64,000 nt of DNA from Diadema antillarum (taxonomy: Eukaryota), in contig NW_027270897.1 in assembly GCF_040938485.1 (NCBI RefSeq), positions 1,798,001 through 1,862,000 of the forward strand, read 5' to 3'. The translations under genes were made by a program, and so were the position numbers. The notes below the pieces were generated by a model. The model ran no database searches. It was not told the origin of the DNA and worked only from the letters and a program-made list of their open reading frames with translations. Below are positions 50,492-61,972 of the stretch, in pieces. The first letter of the stretch is position 1; each line of letters starts with the position of its first letter.

Positions 50492-53400
50492 CTGTGCACA
50501 GGAATAAGAAGATGTACACACAGGGTTATCATGTTGCATAAATTGTCGAACAGAGGGTTTACTCTTGCAAGAAATAATTTGATATGGACTTCACAAGAAT
50601 ATGTAGTCCCTTCGTCTAAAAACAATTTTGACCTCCCTGATCAAAATAAACTAAAAACAATTTAATCAAGTCTATGAGGTGATTTTGCTTGGATATTAGA
50701 CATAAAATATGAACTGTAATCAAATCATGTATCATAAAAGGGGGAGATTTATCAGAGGGTGTTATATCTGCTTGTTACCTTCAGATAAAGTAGAAGCAGG
50801 AGAAGGGCTAGGTTTTGTGTTTCACGAGACATTTACATAAGAAACCTATTCAAATTTATGAATCTTCTTTTCCCAACTGCTACTGCATGATAAGCTTGTT
50901 CAATTCTTGCTATAAAGTATATTCATTACCCTCTACGTTAATCTTCCACTTCAAATAATTGACAGTAGTATGTGTAATGGGACTACTTAATGTACCAGGT
51001 TGGGTCGCTGCATAAAAACGCATACATGCTTCTTTGCCCTATTCATATCATCTCTGCATTACCCTACTCTGCAAGCTAATCTCAGTGAATACATAATCAT
51101 TTGGTCTGAACATGTGCAACATTTTGTGAAATTTCTAAGGTTCTTTTGGTGAACTAAGGTAGGCATTCCCAGAAATCTCTTGGTGCCTGAAGGGATAATG
51201 TTAAATTGGCACAGTCAGATTTGCAAAATATCAAGAAGTTTAAGATTGCAAAGACTTTGCGATCTTTTGTCATCTGGTCACACTGACAGCCAATCTTCTC
51301 GATCTTTGGATTGAGGAGTTTTGGTCACTAGTGCATGCATGCAAGAAAGAAGAAAGAGTATGCCGCCCAACAGCTGGTGACTGTGACGTAACAATACACT
51401 CCTATTCATCACAATCACCGTGCGCTTCGGAAGCACCGCTCACAAACAGGTGGTTGACTGGTCACATGACGAAGATCGCAAAGTTTTGGTTTCTACAGGT
51501 CACACACTGGTAAAATATCGAGAAGTTTGGCAGGGGTGGGGAGAAATCTCCCTAGTTGGAGTGGGAAGTTTCCCAAGAAATTTTGCAGGAAGTTTGCGGT
51601 TACACTGGCAAAACTTAAAGATCTTAAAGATTCGAGAATCTTCAACTTTTTGAGCTTTTGCTGGTTTGACCGCGCCTTTTGTTTCCTTCAGCGTCGCCTT
51701 ACCTGGAACTTGTTCTCCACCAGAGCCTGTAAATGTTTCTTCTGCTCCGCGGTGAGACTAGTCTCCTTCACAGACTGCTGCCAACTGTTGATCTGCCGGT
51801 CACGCTGGACCAGGGCTTTCTCGTACTGGACTGGCAACCCACCTGGAACCTCCTGCCCAGGTGACACAAAGAAGAGAGTTTAACAATTGAAAACAGAACA
51901 AATTTAAAGGACTGGTGAAACAAGCATCTTTGACAAATGGGTCTGCATGTCATAATTGTATAAAATGGAAGTACCTTTGTGGAAACAAATCACGTCATAA
52001 TGTAATTTGCAAATTTACTTTTACGTCGAGAAGAATTTTTCCATCCATCACGCTTGTACAAATGTATTTACACATCCCACAAAATCTGACAATGTGAACA
52101 TGAAGGAAACATACATTGCAGATGAATTTGTACTCAGCACAATTCTTTTCTTCAAAACAAACAAACAAACTGTCACAAATGTACACACTAGTAGTTATGT
52201 ACATGTATGATGTACTGCATGCATGGTTGTTTTAATGTGTATGTACACAGGTTGACCAGATTAATGGAGAACATTCTATGTGGTATAGATATAGTACATA
52301 CAGGCTGACCTGATAAGTGGAGAATTTTCTAGGTGGTATACAATGTAGCTATAGAGTACATGCATGTAACAGGAAATACATTATAACTCACTCAATCTAG
52401 AATGATTTCACCCTTTCCAGAATTTTCTGGGAAGTGCTTACATGTTTGGCTGAGTGAGGCACTGTCCCTGTAGCCCAATGTGATTGGTAGTTATTCTTGG
52501 TAATGATGTTTTGTACATAGTTAGGCAGTGAGTCATCCAGGATTCCTGGAACTTGGACTAGCTAGAATGTGTGGCCCCAGGTTGGAGAGAGTTACAGAAT
52601 GTGCTAGAAGGGTGAATAGATAGTATATAAGCTAGAGAAATTCTGCAGTAGGCAGAGTACCCAACACCTCTGCTCTGAGAGTTACGTCACTTCTGGCTCT
52701 GAAGCGACTTGTTATAGTCAGTCCTGTGTTACCTGCTGACCTGTTATGTTTGTGGAGATACTTGGCCTGGGAGACATTTTGCCTGCAGAGAATTAATGTG
52801 CCTTCATTGGACTCCATATTTTTGTGTCAATGGACATTGCTACGGCAAAGCTGTGACGGGCTGGATTCCTCGCTGGACACTATAAAGTGAATCATCATTC
52901 AACGCATCGACTGGACGTGGTCGTTGGATTCTGCACGTGTCGCTGTGAACATTATACCGTGGACGTATATCGGGGACATTTACCCCGGACTTACACCGAG
53001 GATTATCATAACCTGTGCCTCTGGATTTACGTCGAAGGAATCATTCATCGGTGCATTGCGGATCATTCATCTGTGCATCGAACATCATATCCGGACATTA
53101 CCAGGGAACTGTAGCGACTTTAAGATTTGGATGCATGTAAGTGATTCCATTACCGATTTGTAATTGTTTGTATTGATCATTGCTGTACTGATATGACGCC
53201 GATTACCAGTCTGTACCCACAATATCACTGTTAATAAACCGCCTGAACATCAGTTGATTGTTTCTTTTGTGCGATCATTCTCGGAGTGATTTTGGTCGTA
53301 ACAAAATTGGGGGCTTGTCCGGGAAGTGAATTTAAGCCAAAACTTAGAATTTGGAACGTTCCGGAATCCAGAATATTGGTACAGACAAAATACCGGTTGA

Positions 53401-56400
53401 GTTGATTGTTCAATTGTATATTGTATGTAATACAGTGTGACAATGTCAATCAGTACAATGGATGTTCAGGCATTTGTTCAGAGGACAGATTTGTCCCTCA
53501 AGGATTTGCAAAGGTTACGCAAATGTGATTTGACTGCTATTGCACAGCATTTGAATGTTGATGTTCCACAAGGTGTAAGAAAGGCAGAGATTCTTGACTT
53601 GGTAGCTGGTCACATGGAGCTCAAAGAAGAAATTGACACTCAAGATCTAGCTCAAATTTCAGATCAAACGAGGCTTGAGCTTGCTAAATTGGAAATGAAG
53701 GAGAGAGAAAGAGCAAGGGAATTAGAACTGGAGAAAGAGAAGATGAGACTAGAAATGGAAATGAAGGAAAAGGAAAAACAAAGAGAAATGGAAAGAGAGA
53801 GGGAAAGAGAACAAAGAGAAATAGAAATGAGGAAATTCGAAATGGAGCAGCAAATGAAGTTGCGTGAGATGGAATTGACTCATGCACGGACAATTGGAAA
53901 TCATGAAAAGGCTCCCTCTGAATTTGATTTGGCCAAGAACATTCGATTGGTGCCAAAGTTTGAAGAAAGCAGAGTTGATGCATATTTTGTGTCATTTGAG
54001 AAGGTGGCTAACAGTTTGAACTGGCCACAGGAATTTTGGCCCTTGCTCCTTCAAAGTGTGTTTGTCGGCAAAGCAGCCGATGTGTACTCATCTCTCTCTG
54101 AAGAGCAATCACGTGACTATGCTACAGTCAAGAAGGCAGTGTTGAATGCTTATGAGTTGGTGCCAGAGGCGTACAGACACAAGTTCAGAAATTCGTACCG
54201 CAGATCAGGCCAGACACATGTTGAGTTTGCTCGTGAAAAAGAAATGATGTTTGATAGGTGGTACAGATCCCTGAAAGTGGATCAGGACTTTGATAACCTA
54301 CGTGAGGTTGTTCTCTTGGAAGAATTCAAAAAGAGTGTTGCTTTCAGTGTGAGGTCGCATTTGGATGATCACAAAGTGACAAGTTTGCATAAAGCAGCCT
54401 TGATGGCTGATGAGTATGAGCTGACCCACAGAAATGACAACAGACCACCTTTCAGGAATTTCTCTGGAAATAAGAGAGACAAAATTCAGTCGAGCAGTCC
54501 AAAGAATGCTGGTCCTGAAAAAGGCACGAGTTCTGAAACTTCATCGGCACCAAAGCCTCAATCTGACAAAGGGTCCAGTACAAGTGCAAATGTCATCAAA
54601 TGTTTTCACTGTAACAAGACAGGGCATGTAAAGTCACAGTGTTGGAAGTTGCAAAACAAAACAAAGAAGGACTTGGGACTTGTCATGTCAAAAAGTGTCC
54701 TACCCGAAAACAGTGTCCCGTTCAGTGAAACACAGGCCATTGAAAGTCAATCTCCCAAATTCAAAGATAGGATGAAGCAGGTGGATGAGAGCTATCGTAG
54801 CTTTTTGTTTGATGGTGAGGTGACCCCATGTACTTCTGGTGAGGCAGGTAAGCCAGTGGTCATCCTGCGGGATACAGGGGCCTCTCAGTCGTTGATGGTG
54901 GATGGTGGTATGACTTTTCCACCAGATAGTGCAGTGAATGCAAAAGTCTTGATTCAGACTGTTGATGGCAGTTATATGTCAGTGCCACTGTATAGAGTGG
55001 ATTTGAAGTGTGACCTAGTTTCTGGTCCTGTCACTGTTGGAGTTGTTCCTGAGTTGCCCATGGCAGGGATTGATTTCCTGTTGGGGAATGACTTGGCTGG
55101 GGACAAGGTGGTTGCGTCTCCAGTTGTTTCGGAGAAACCAGTGGTGGTTGCTGAAACTGAGCAGTTGCAGGAGGAGTTTCCTGGGATTTTCCCAGATTGT
55201 GTTGTGACTAGGTCTCAGGCTCGTAGAGCTGTTCAAGATGATGCGGATTCTGTTGATGTGGAGGAGAATTCCGGTGTTTGGTTGGCAGAAACCTTTTTCA
55301 AGGATTTGAATGATGGGGTTGCTGTATTAGGCTCCGAGGCTAACAGTGATGGGCTGTTTAGCAAGTCTTCCTTGGTTGAAGCACAGCAGGCAGACTCTGA
55401 GTTGAAATGCTTGTCTCAGATGGCGTGTTCTGAGGCTGAGGCTGAAAAGGTCCCTGAGTGCTATTATGTCAAAGATGGCATTTTGATGAGGAAGTGGAGA
55501 CCTCCCCATAGGCCAGCTGATGAGGATTGGACGGTGGTCCGTCAAGTTGTTGTCCCTCCTAGTTACCGCGGTGAGATCTTGAGGATTGCTCACGAGTTAC
55601 CTGTATTTAGGTAACTCGGAGTGATTTTGGTCGTAACAAAACAAATGCACAAACATTTGCAGTAGTGCTCTTTCCGTCAAACAACACTGGAGACATGATG
55701 CAGCTATGATGTAACAGCCTCACTGCAAAGTGCCTGTCTGATCATGCCACAGTGAAGTCACCAACACACAACACTTTATCAATGTCTTGCACACAAAGAC
55801 CACCAATTAAATCATTTTGTGGAAGATTTTGTTATTGACTCTTGGATATTTTTGACTCCTGAAATGTCTTGAGCACTAGAGATGTGTAATGAGTGGAACT
55901 TCATGTACACAATACTACCACAGTTTCATGACCATAACAGCTGCTGTTGTGGATACCCAGAGAACATCATTAGGCACTTCAAAAATATATCAACGCACAG
56001 AATTATGATTGTTTTCAGATTTGTCTGGTATCTCTGAAGTGGCTAATGACATGGCTCGACACTAACTTTTTTGTTTGGTGGCCCGATGGGGCCACCAAAA
56101 TTCTAAATTTCAAATTTTTCGTGGCCCGAGAGAAAAATTTGGTGTCCCCCCCCCCAAAAAAAAAAACAATAAAAAACATTAAAAGTCCTTTTTTTATGAG
56201 TCAAATATTTAAGTTTATGATAGTAAGAATTAGAAGTTGGACATATCTACTCATAAATAAACTTCAACAAACTTGCAACACTCACCCTCAGGCACTCATT
56301 CAGTCCTTTTCATCCATCCTTTAAACAAATTTAACTGCTAATTTCAAGCGCAAAAAGTTACGAATTTATTGACATACTTTTCAAAAAATTTTGGTGGCCC

Positions 56401-59400
56401 GAGGTGGGCCACCAAATTTGCCCTTTTTTAAAATCTGGTGGCCCGACTTTCATTTTTGGTGGACCCGGGCCACCGGGCCACCGTTAGTGTCGAGCCCTGC
56501 TAATGATCTATAAAAGCTTGTGTTTTTCCTGCTTTCATTTCAAAATTAATTTCCACTGAAGCTAATGTCTCTTTTCAAACACCTGCACAGTAAACTTATC
56601 AGGAATACCACGTACTAGACCATGTAATACCAAAAAACATCACTTAACGATCAGTGGTAACAGTGAAGATTGCCTGGCAATGCTATGGTAATAACAATAC
56701 AAGAGCCATCCGAGAGAATAGTGCTTCCACTGAAGAAGTTACCTCAGGAAGATAAAACCATAGCTGTATTACCACTAGCACATAAACCAAATACGATGGC
56801 AGATCATATCATAGGAGTGCTGAAGGGTACAATAAGCTCTCTACTCACCGTTGTCGTACCATCCATCTCAAACGGGATGACGAATGTGTAAAATTCTTTG
56901 GGAGACATCAACTTGTAGACAGGATGCTCTTCTTGGTGGTCTGGACCTACCCCCCCCCCCCAAAAAAAAAAAGGCAAAAATAAAACGGATTTGATTAGTA
57001 TACAGAATTTGTTACATCTGACACCATAAGGACTAAAGGTGAACATGCTAATGACAACACAGTACTTCTCCAACAACAGCAACTACTAATGTTGAAGATA
57101 ATTACGATAATGATAACAATAATTATGAGAAAAGAGTAACTACTGCTCTCATTCCTACTATTGCTCTAACAAGTATGGCTTTGAGTAATGATAACGATTA
57201 ATAATAACTGGGTAGGCATAATCGGAATCACTTTTTTTTCTCAATGTCATCATCTAAAAAATTACCATCATAGCAGTGATATTACTACTATCACAAAAAT
57301 GCTGACTTGCCCCCCACATCTGCCAGCGTTTGAATCAAAATTTTTATTTGTCCTCACCATGGGAGCTTCCCTCACACACGTAACCAATACCAGTGACTTT
57401 GTCTACACAAATGACCATTTCAAGACACCTAATACCAATACAGACACCTCATCCATATACATGTAGATTACCACCTATAGACATCTTCCTTACACAGATT
57501 GCCAACTGCAGACACCTTACCTGCACAGAATAGCAACTATATAGAGACATTCTACCAGTACAGATGACAAAGTACTGACAGCTTATCTAAACAAATTACC
57601 AACTTACACTGAAGACACCAGATCTATACAGATTGTCAGCTACAGACACCATACCTACACAGATAGCAGCATAGACACTTTCCCTATACAGATCATCAAT
57701 TACAGATACCTTCAGATTCCTACAGATACTACACAGACTGCAAAATAAAGACACCCTACCTAAACAGATTACTAACTACAGACACCTTACCTACAGATTA
57801 CCAGCTATAGACACCTTACCTACACAGATTACCAGCTATAGACACCTTACCCACACAGATTACCAGCTACAGACATCTTACGTACACAGTCAGATTATCA
57901 GCTACAGACATCTCACCTACGCAGATTACTAGCTACAGACACCTTATCTTCACAGAACACCAACTACAGACATCTCACCTAAACAGATGACAAAATACTG
58001 ACACCTTACCTACACAGACTGCCAATTATAGATACCTTACCTACACATACAACAAACTACAGACACTTTACCTACACAGACGGCCATCTATGACAACTTA
58101 CCGACACAGATGGGGTTGTTCCATTGGCTGGGCTTGGGGGCCAGACCAATGCTTGCCATGTCATGCTGCAGCATGGGATAATGGGTGTGGTAAGGGGCCA
58201 GAACCAGGCTGTCATTGCCACCCAGCAGCACCGGGCGTGTTGGGGTCAGCATATGCAAGGTGCATAACGTTGACCCACTTGGAAAGGAAAAGTGTGTTTG
58301 AAGTATGTTAACATTTATGTCGTTACTGCACATTAACATATCTGTATCAAAGGTGAGACAGGGTGATAAAGTTGACACTGTGTATTATAACTATAACAAA
58401 CTTTCTTGAGTTGCTTGCACAACTTTGTTACATCAAAACTATATTGCAGCAAATCCCCATCCCAAGGCAACTTCTCTACATGGACATTTCAATATTTATA
58501 ACACAGGTTGGACGTGCGTTCATATTTTCCTACCGTGCAATTTCTTTGACGGGAATTGTTTTATGAATAGTTTATTTCTTTCTTTACTTAATTTGATGGC
58601 ATATTACACAGATTTTACTTCCATATGGTGATAACATATTCACATGACATTGATTCTTTCTAGTTGCATCACTTTAATCATTCACATCAATGTCTCTTCA
58701 CCAGCTATCAAATATTGACTCATGAAGGAATGTGACAACAGCTGCATAATTCATGCATATATGATATAAGCTGACCCAGCTAAGAAAGATACCGAGTATA
58801 CGTGGCATGGCTTAGAGTGTTTTCAGTTTGCTAATTTCACAAGTTGATTGCTATATTTTGCGAAATTATCAAATCACAGAAATATTGCCTCCTACAACAC
58901 AATAATTGTGTTGTACTGGTATATCATATCCACAGTGGGAAATCACTAATTTTTCTCTTGAAAAGTGACATCACTTCTTTTCCGTTCTGTCAATGTCGTT
59001 CTACATTGCATATTCAACCACTCACGAGGTGGTCTCACAAGTCCCAATTAGCGAAATATCAAATTTGGCAGGTATATGGCATTTGTGGTATAAATGAGAA
59101 CTAGTATATGCCTCTCAACTCTATTTTGCGTCTGATGATCCCATAAGACCAAACGATTTCTGAAAATTCACGTACAGTTAAACTCGCGTAAGTCGATCTT
59201 CTCGGGACTGAGCAAAACACATCGACTTAGGCGATTTTCGACTTGTGCGTAAGTCGAAAAAAATCGACTTACAGTTACACCACACGTTGTATATGTATAA
59301 TGTACATGTACTGTATGTTGTCTACTCTGTAGTGGAGGTGAGAGCTGGAGCGGTGTGCCCGATATTTGCCCTTCAGCAAGACACTTTATCCACATTGATG

Positions 59401-60909
59401 CAGCCCAGGGCTCCACACTAACTTTTATTTTGGTGGCCCGATCGGGCCAAAGTATTACTGAAGTGATACAGGATGGTACCCACGTCTAAAATAAATAAAT
59501 AAATAAATAAATAAATAGAATATTTAATCATCTTATACCGTTATTCTGAGTTCTAAGATTTAGCAAATAGACTTATAGATTATTACAAAAGTTGATGCCT
59601 ATTTAGGTGGTCAAAACTTGCGTTTGAAATGAAAAAGTGGGAGCATTTGCAGACATTTGTAAACATCCAACATTTGTTTTAGCATCGTAAAGAGCCGAAA
59701 GTTACCGTTATTTATTTCTGATTGTAAAAGCAATCATCCACCATTTACAAATATTTTAACACCTTCCGGAGACGAATGTTACCGTTAATCATTTTCAAAT
59801 GTAAAAACAAGCAACCGACATTCATTCTAGGATCTTACAGAGCTGAATATCATCCTTATTCATTTCCGAACGCAAAATCAAATATCTGACCTTAATTTCA
59901 GCACCGTACGGAACTGAATCTTACCATTATTTATTTCCAAAAGTATAAGCAAACATCCGACATTTATTTTAGTATTATACGGAGTCGAATATTACCATTA
60001 TTCATTTCCAAAATTAAGAGCAAACATCTAACATTTATTCTAGCATCTTATGGAGCCGATTGTTACCGCTGTTCATTTCCAAAACTGAAAGCAAACATCC
60101 GGCTTTTTTGGTGGCCCGGCGTGCGTTTTTTGGTGACCCCGGTCGCAAATCAACCATTCGTGAAATCGTGAAAAGACTCCACTAAATATAAGGCATAGAT
60201 CGCTACACTCGGCAGGGGCTACGTCGTCCTTTCACCAGGTCTCGTTACAAAACCAAAATCTCGCGTGACTTCTTGCGTTACCTATCGTTAATGTTAACGA
60301 AACATCGTTAATTTGCGCTAGGATCGTTACTCATCATCTACGACAAACGTTAATTTTCCCGATCGTTAGTTTGCGTTATACTGACGATTCAGGTGAAACC
60401 GCTTGCGTTAATGAAACGTTAATGCTTATTAACGCAAAGTTTCTTTTGGTATATACTGTATGTTAACAAAAACTGGCGTCTCGTGATTTTGACAGTGATT
60501 TATTACACAATAAAATCTTATTCGACTTAGGCTCAGTGAATTCAATGGTTTTTCCATGAAAGTGTTCTTGGAATTTCATCGACTTAGGCGAGTATTCGAC
60601 TTAAAAAATTCGACTTGTGAGTGAATTAATACACGTAAGTCAATGGGGAAAAATCAGGACTTTTTAAAATCATCGACTTGTGCGATTATTCGACATATGC
60701 GACGTCGACTTCGGCGAGTTTAACTGTAACTCAATTCTCTTCTCATGAAGGCCAAATGTTAACTATAAAATCAGAGTTCTTCCTACCTCACAGTGAATCT
60801 CCCTGCAGCCGCTATGACTGTGACATGCTCACAGCCAATGAGATGGACTGATGTCTCCACTGCGCCCAGCACCACGGTTGTGTGTCTGCACTTCTCTATG
60901 CTGGCAAAT
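50417..60909 (-). CDS. TBCCD1: TBCC domain-containing protein 1, 3' part (five coding exons; 5' exons beyond window end)
   Basis: Spliced translation resembles the recalled vertebrate TBCCD1 C-terminal half: IEKCRHTTVVLGAV, LTPTRPVLLGGN, LAPYHTHYPML, EFYTFVIPFEMDG, PGGLP..Y.KAL.QR, LVENKF, WL..TGH...LD.LVP. All phases are compatible. Confidence 0.93.
51703..51852 (-). CDS. TBCCD1: TBCCD1 penultimate exon
   Basis: EVPGGLPVQYEKALVQRDRQINSWQQSVKETSLTAEQKKHLQALVENKFQ; acceptor gggcag, donor GTAAGG. Confidence 0.95.
52171..53303 (+). repeat. 5' LTR (about 1133 bp)
   Basis: TG...CA ends; internal ~45-bp direct repeat near 52246 and 52303; TATATAA at 52624; AATAAA near 53234; last 24 bp repeated exactly at 55615-55638. 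Confidence 0.8.
53308..53324 (+). promoter_or_regulatory. Primer-binding site complementary to tRNA-Pro 3' end
   Basis: TGGGGGCTTGTCCGGGA, 4 nt after the LTR; one mismatch to the known tRNA-Pro PBS TGGGGGCTCGTCCGGGA. Confidence 0.88.
53437..55614 (+). CDS. Retrotransposon Gag-protease polyprotein truncated in the integrase zinc-binding region
   Basis: E/R/K coiled coil, capsid-like region (LVPKFEE...YFVSFEK...WP), CCHC knuckle CFHCNKTGHVKSQC, protease LRDTGASQS, then KDGILMR...VVVPPSYRGEILRIAHE. Confidence 0.92.
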   Translation: MTMSISTMDVQAFVQRTDLSLKDLQRLRKCDLTAIAQHLNVDVPQGVRKAEILDLVAGHMELKEEIDTQDLAQISDQTRLELAKLEMKERERARELELEKEKMRLEMEMKEKEKQREMEREREREQREIEMRKFEMEQQMKLREMELTHARTIGNHEKAPSEFDLAKNIRLVPKFEESRVDAYFVSFEKVANSLNWPQEFWPLLLQSVFVGKAADVYSSLSEEQSRDYATVKKAVLNAYELVPEAYRHKFRNSYRRSGQTHVEFAREKEMMFDRWYRSLKVDQDFDNLREVVLLEEFKKSVAFSVRSHLDDHKVTSLHKAALMADEYELTHRNDNRPPFRNFSGNKRDKIQSSSPKNAGPEKGTSSETSSAPKPQSDKGSSTSANVIKCFHCNKTGHVKSQCWKLQNKTKKDLGLVMSKSVLPENSVPFSETQAIESQSPKFKDRMKQVDESYRSFLFDGEVTPCTSGEAGKPVVILRDTGASQSLMVDGGMTFPPDSAVNAKVLIQTVDGSYMSVPLYRVDLKCDLVSGPVTVGVVPELPMAGIDFLLGNDLAGDKVVASPVVSEKPVVVAETEQLQEEFPGIFPDCVVTRSQARRAVQDDADSVDVEENSGVWLAETFFKDLNDGVAVLGSEANSDGLFSKSSLVEAQQADSELKCLSQMACSEAEAEKVPECYYVKDGILMRKWRPPHRPADEDWTVVRQVVVPPSYRGEILRIAHELPVFR
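56050..56499. mobile_element. hAT/P-like MITE with 7-bp TSD
   Basis: CATGGCTCGACACTAAC / GTTAGTGTCGAGCCCTG flanked by CTAATGA; repeated TGGTGGCCCG motifs. Confidence 0.85.
56849..56946 (-). CDS. TBCCD1: TBCCD1 exon
   Basis: Acceptor T11-G12-TAG; (G)PDHQEEHPVYKLMSPKEFYTFVIPFEMDGTTT; donor GTGAGT. Confidence 0.92.
57440..58110. repeat. 31-bp minisatellite, about 20 degenerate copies
   Basis: Consensus TACAGACACCTTACCTACACAGATTACCAGC; anchors at 57810 and 57841. Confidence 0.92.
58102..58277 (-). CDS. TBCCD1: TBCCD1 exon
   Basis: Acceptor ttcctttccaag; GSTLCTLHMLTPTRPVLLGGNDSLVLAPYHTHYPMLQHDMASIGLAPKPSQWNNPICV; donor GTAAGT. Confidence 0.95.
59175..60726. mobile_element. pogo/Tigger-like element with TA TSD carrying internal cargo
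   Basis: CAGTTAAACTCGC / GCGAGTTTAACTG with TA flanks; many TCGACTT subterminal repeats at both ends. Confidence 0.85.
59640..60105. repeat. 71-bp tandem repeat, about 6 degenerate copies
   Basis: TTACC anchors at 59921, 59992 and 60063 (period 71). Confidence 0.85.
60787..60909 (-). CDS. TBCCD1: TBCCD1 exon (TBCC domain)
   Basis: Acceptor ctttctatag; FASIEKCRHTTVVLGAVETSVHLIGCEHVTVIAAAGRFTV; donor GTAGGA; phase 2 on both sides. Confidence 0.93.
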
Positions 60910-61972
60910 CTATAGAAAGTGTGGTGCATGAAAACAATCATGGCTTTTAATATCAACAGAGTGAAAACGTTGCAACATTTGGGACACAATCTCAAACAAT
61001 CATGAAGCCTATTAATACTTAGTAAAAGAACATGCTGGAAATATACATTGTACAAAGATTTGGTTTACTTGAGATCTTCTATCTGAAATTTGAACTACAT
61101 GCAACGTTAGATGGAAGAAGTAACTGTTTTGCCTGCAGTCAACATGGCTGCACAACTGCTGTTTCAAGCATACTTTTAAGAAAATCCTCTGCCTGTAGCA
61201 TCGAGACACTATCAAATGGCACACTTTGATTTGAAGAAGTTTCTGACAGATTGAGGTGTTAGATATGGTATGGTTGGGTGTTCATCACAACGACCACCTA
61301 ACGTTTTTCTATCAATAGAAACGTGAAAAATATCACAATTTGCCTGAAATTTTACTCACGTGTGGAGAAAATACTCCGGATTCACAAGCGTGTGCTGAAA
61401 ACACGAATCTGAGGTACGCGCTCTAGATGGCGGCTTCGAACGCGTGGGGTGTCATTTTTTCCGCACTCAGTTGCCCTGTTCATTTGAACCGACCACCCCA
61501 CCCTCTATTGACAATACGTATAAAGCGTACTTAAATGCGTTTTTTTCGACAAGCTGCTGTTTTTTTTCTAGCCCTCATTTTTTCCCCAATAATATTTGAA
61601 TATATTTTGAATCCTTTGATATTACTTTTGAAGGACTGTTTGATGAATTTGAATTGATTTTCATTAGGAAACTTTTCATTGTAATTTGAATAAATTAGAT
61701 TCAACTCGTACAACCTTCATGCCTCTCAGTCTTTCGCGTTTTTTCTTTTCTCATATCATGCAAAACAATACACGCTCATACATTATTGATAATCTTGCAC
61801 AAGTTAACACCAACATTTCACAAAATCATGTTTACTATTATTTACTATTTCAAATCATCATCCATTCAAAATGAATAAGAATACACACAAGGTACACTTA
61901 GATACGTTGTATGTTTTTTAGATGTATTTGAATTTAACACATTTTTTTTTCATTTTTCTCTTTCACTCTCTT

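Larger units (their letters stand above)
52171..55638 (+). mobile_element. Internally deleted Ty3/Gypsy (Gmr1-like) LTR retrotransposon in a TBCCD1 intron, antisense to host
   Basis: TGTCAC...GTAACA ends flanked by AAAC target-site duplication (52167-70, 55639-42); 5' LTR, PBS, gag-pro ORF; only 24 bp of the 3' LTR remain. Confidence 0.88.

Noticed and set aside
51150-51610. Several GGTCACACTG / GGTTACACTG transposon-like ends
   Set aside because: No matching opposite TIR or TSD could be paired; too degenerate to delimit
52365-52375. Alternative LTR start TGTAACAGG
   Set aside because: Its flank (TGCA) does not match the right flank, whereas the 52171 start gives the AAAC TSD
57440-60105. 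CRISPR-like arrays
   Set aside because: Degenerate head-to-tail tandem repeats with no unique spacers or cas genes, in a eukaryotic context
61000-61970. Missing upstream TBCCD1 exon
   Set aside because: No frame resembles the expected HVKIHRC...YLLSPLR segment; it must lie beyond the window
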